From positions 835,202,001-835,266,000 of the forward strand of contig NC_091284.1 in the NCBI RefSeq assembly GCF_032444005.1: a DNA stretch of 64,000 nucleotides, written 5' to 3'. The stretch is from Ranitomeya imitator. Taxonomy: Eukaryota. How positions within the stretch are numbered: the stretch's first letter is position 1; each line of letters starts with the position of its first letter. Position numbers and translations under genes: made by a program. The notes under the pieces were generated by a model that had not been told where the DNA came from, made no database searches, and saw only the letters and a list, made by a program, of their open reading frames with translations. Below are positions 60,330-64,000 of the stretch, piece after piece.

Positions 60330-63300
60330 TGCAGACCCCAGGAATAAGATGACTGACAGCAGTGATGCGTGTCGCACCCCCCATGGAGGCCGTCTATATA
60401 AGAGCACCGGACGACCCCAGGAATAAGATGAGTGACAGCGGTGATGGGTGTCGCAACCCCCATGGAGGCCGTCTATATAAGAGCACCGGACGACCCCAGG
60501 AATAAGATGAGTGACAGCAGTGATGGGTGTCGCACCCCCCATGGAGGCCGTCTATATAAGAGCACCGGACGCCCCCAGGAATAAGATGACTGACAGCGGT
60601 GATGGGTGTCGCACCCCCCATGTAGGCCGTCTATATAAGAGCACCGGACGACCCCAGGAATAAGATGAGTGACAGCGGTGATGGGTGTCGCACCCCCCAT
60701 GGAGGCCATCTATATAAGAGCACCGGACGACCCCAGGAATAAGATGAGTGACAGCGGTGATGGGTGTCGCACCCCCCATGGAGGCTGTCTATATAAGAGC
60801 ACCGGACGACCCCGGGAATAAGATGAGTGACAGCAGTGATGGGTGTCGCACCCCCCATGGAGGCCGTCTATATAAGAGCAGCGGACGACCCCAGGAATAA
60901 GATGAGTGACAGCGGTGATGGGTGTCGCACCCCCCATGGAGGCCGTCTATATAAGAGCAGCGGACGACCCCAGGAATAAGATGAGTGACAGCGGTGATGG
61001 GTATCACACCCTCCATGGAGGCCGTCTATATAAGAGCACCGGACGACCCCAGGAATAAGATGAGTGACAGCGGTGATGGGTATCACACCCTCCATGGAGG
61101 CCGTCTATATAAGAGCACCGGACGACCCCAGGAATAAGATGAGTGACAGCGGTGATGGGTGTCGCACCCCCCATGGAGGCCGTCTATATAAGAGCAGCGG
61201 ACGACCCCAGGAATAAGATGAGTGACAGCGGTGATGGGTGTCGCACCCCCCATGGAGGCCGTCTATATAAGAGCAGCGGACGACCCCAGGAATAAGATGA
61301 GTGACAGCAGTGATGGGTGTCGCACCCCCCATGGAGGCCGTCTATATAAGAGCAGCGGACGACCCCAGGAATAAGATGAGTGACAGCGGTGATGGGTGTC
61401 GAACCCCCCATGGAGGCCGTCTATATAAGAGCACCGGACGACCCCAGGAATAAGATGAGTGACAGCAGTGATGGGTGTCGCACCCCCCATGGAGGCCGTC
61501 TATATAAGAACATCGGACGACCCCAGGAATAAGATGAGTGACAGCAGTGATGGGTGTCGCACCTCCCATGGAGGCCGTCTATATAAGAGCACCGGACGAC
61601 CCCAGGAATAAGATGAGTGACAGCGGTGATGGGTGTCGCACCCTCCATGGAGGCCGTCTATATAAGAGCACCGGACGACCCCAGGAATAAGATGAGTGAC
61701 AGCAGTGATGAGTGTCGCACCCCCCATGGAGGCCGTCTATATAAGAGCACCGGACGACCCCAGGAATAAGATGAGTGACAGCAGTGATGGGTGTCGCACC
61801 CCCCATGGAGGCCGTCTATATAAGAGCACCGGACGACCCCAGGAATAAGATGAGTGACAGCGGTGATGGGTGTCACACCCTCCATGGAGGCCGTCTATAT
61901 AAGAGCAGCGGACGACCCCAGGAATAAGATGAGTGACAGCAGTGATGGGTGTCGCTCCCCCATGGAGGCCGTCTGTATAAGAGCACCGGACGACCCCAGG
62001 AATAAGATGAGTGACAGCAGTGATGGGTGTCGCACCCCCCATGGAGGCCGTCTATATAAGAGCACCGGACGACCCCAGGAATAAGATGAGTGACAGCAGT
62101 GATGGGTGTCGCTCCCCCATGGAGGCCGTCTGTATAAGAGCACCGGACGACCCCAGGAATAAGATGAGTGACAGCAGTGATGGGTGTCGCACCCCCCATG
62201 GAGGCCGTCTATATAAGAGCACCGGACGACCCCAGGAATAAGATGAGTGACAGCAGTGATGGGTGTCGCACCCCCCATGGAGGCCGTCTATATAAGAGCA
62301 CCGGACGACCCCAGGAATAAGATGAGTGACAGCAGTGATGGGTGTCGCACCCCCCATGGAGGCCGTCTATATAAGAGCACCGGACGACCCCAGGAATAAG
62401 ATGAGTGACAGCGGTGATGGGTGTCACACCCTCCATGGAGGCCGTCTATATAAGAGCACCGGACGACCCCAGGAATAAGATGAGTGACAGCAGTGATGGG
62501 TGTCGCACCCCCCATGGAGGCCGTCTGTATAAGAGCACCGGACGACCCCAGGAATAAGATGAGTGACAGCAGTGATGGGTGTCGCACCCCCCATGGAGGC
62601 CGTCTATATAAGAGCACCGGACGACCCCAGGAATAAGATGAGTGACAGCGGTGATGGGTGTCGCACCCCCCATGGAGGCCGTCTATATAAGAGCAGCGGA
62701 CGACCCCAGGAATAAGATGAGTGACAGCAGTGATGAGTGTCGCACCCCCCATGGAGGCCGTCTGTATAAGAGCACCGGACGACCCCAGGAATAAGATGAG
62801 TGACAGCAGTGATGGGTGTCGCACCCCCCATGGAGGCCGTCTATATAAGAGCACCGGACGACCCCAGGAATAAGATGAGTGACAGCGGTGATGGGTGTCG
62901 CACCCTCCATGGAGGCCGTATATATAAGAGCACCGGACGACCCCAGGAATAAGATGAGTGACAGCAGTGATGAGTGTCGCACCCCCCATGGAGGCCGTCT
63001 GTATAAGAGCACCGGACGACCCCAGGAATAAGATGAGTGACAGCGGTGATGGGTGTCGCACCCCCCATGGAGGCCGTCTATATAAGAGCACCGGACGACC
63101 CCAGGAATAAGATGAGTGACAGCAGTGATGGGTGTCGCACCCCCCATGGAGGCCGTCTATATAAGAGCACCGGACGACCCCAGGAATAAGATGAGTGACA
63201 GCGGTGATGGGTGTCACACCCTCCATGGAGGCCGTCTATATAAGAGCAGCGGACGACCCCAGGAATAAGATGAGTGACAGCAGTGATGGGTGTCGCTCCC

Positions 63301-64000
63301 CCATGGAGGCCGTCTGTATAAGAGCACCGGACGACCCCAGGAATAAGATGAGTGACAGCAGTGATGGGTGTCGCACCCCCCATGGAGGCCGTCTATATAA
63401 GAGCACCGGACGACCCCAGGAATAAGATGAGTGACAGCAGTGATGGGTGTCGCTCCCCCATGGAGGCCGTCTGTATAAGAGCACCGGACGACCCCAGGAA
63501 TAAGATGAGTGACAGCAGTGATGGGTGTCGCACCCCCCATGGAGGCCGTCTATATAAGAGCACCGGACGACCCCAGGAATAAGATGAGTGACAGCAGTGA
63601 TGGGTGTCGCACCCCCCATGGAGGCCGTCTATATAAGAGCACCGGACGACCCCAGGAATAAGATGAGTGACAGCAGTGATGGGTGTCGCACCCCCCATGG
63701 AGGCCGTCTATATAAGAGCACCGGACGACCCCAGGAATAAGATGAGTGACAGCGGTGATGGGTGTCACACCCTCCATGGAGGCCGTCTATATAAGAGCAC
63801 CGGACGACCCCAGGAATAAGATGAGTGACAGCAGTGATGGGTGTCGCACCCCCCATGGAGGCCGTCTGTATAAGAGCACCGGACGACCCCAGGAATAAGA
63901 TGAGTGACAGCAGTGATGGGTGTCGCACCCCCCATGGAGGCCGTCTATATAAGAGCACCGGACGACCCCAGGAATAAGATGAGTGACAGCGGTGATGGGT
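60330..64000. repeat. 79-bp satellite (each unit has TCTATATAAGAG) with a 1341-bp (17-unit) higher-order repeat; runs off the window
   Basis: ORF artefacts recur every 79 bp. Variant blocks at 61737/63078 and 61854/63195. Confidence 0.96.

Overview
Repeat-rich vertebrate genomic window, most likely an anuran amphibian (inferred from TE families and gene divergence). Two spliced host genes are recognisable and convergent: LAMTOR1 (+, 5 coding exons, 23604-29764, 162 aa) and LRRC51 (-, 4 coding exons, 57107-54293, 190 aa). This matches the tail-to-tail pair I recall at the human LRTOMT locus. About 20 kb between their 3' ends is a nested TE stack: a TTAA-flanked DNA element holding a decayed DIRS-like element, which holds a truncated and an intact chromodomain-bearing Gypsy element, two MITEs, and a full-length CR1-like LINE split by an antisense copy of its own family. 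Roughly 40% of the window is minisatellite, and most long ORFs in the track are repeat artefacts. Strongest observations: (1) compensatory covariation between PBS and an LTR-internal site in two Gypsy relatives, pointing to tRNA-independent self-priming; (2) a CR1-into-CR1 insertion whose tail matches the target site; (3) a tandem array of about 30 poly(A) signals just after the LRRC51 stop; (4) a 3.3-kb minisatellite apparently born from a MITE terminus beside the LAMTOR1 promoter; (5) possible exons of an unidentified minus-strand gene where TOMT would be expected.
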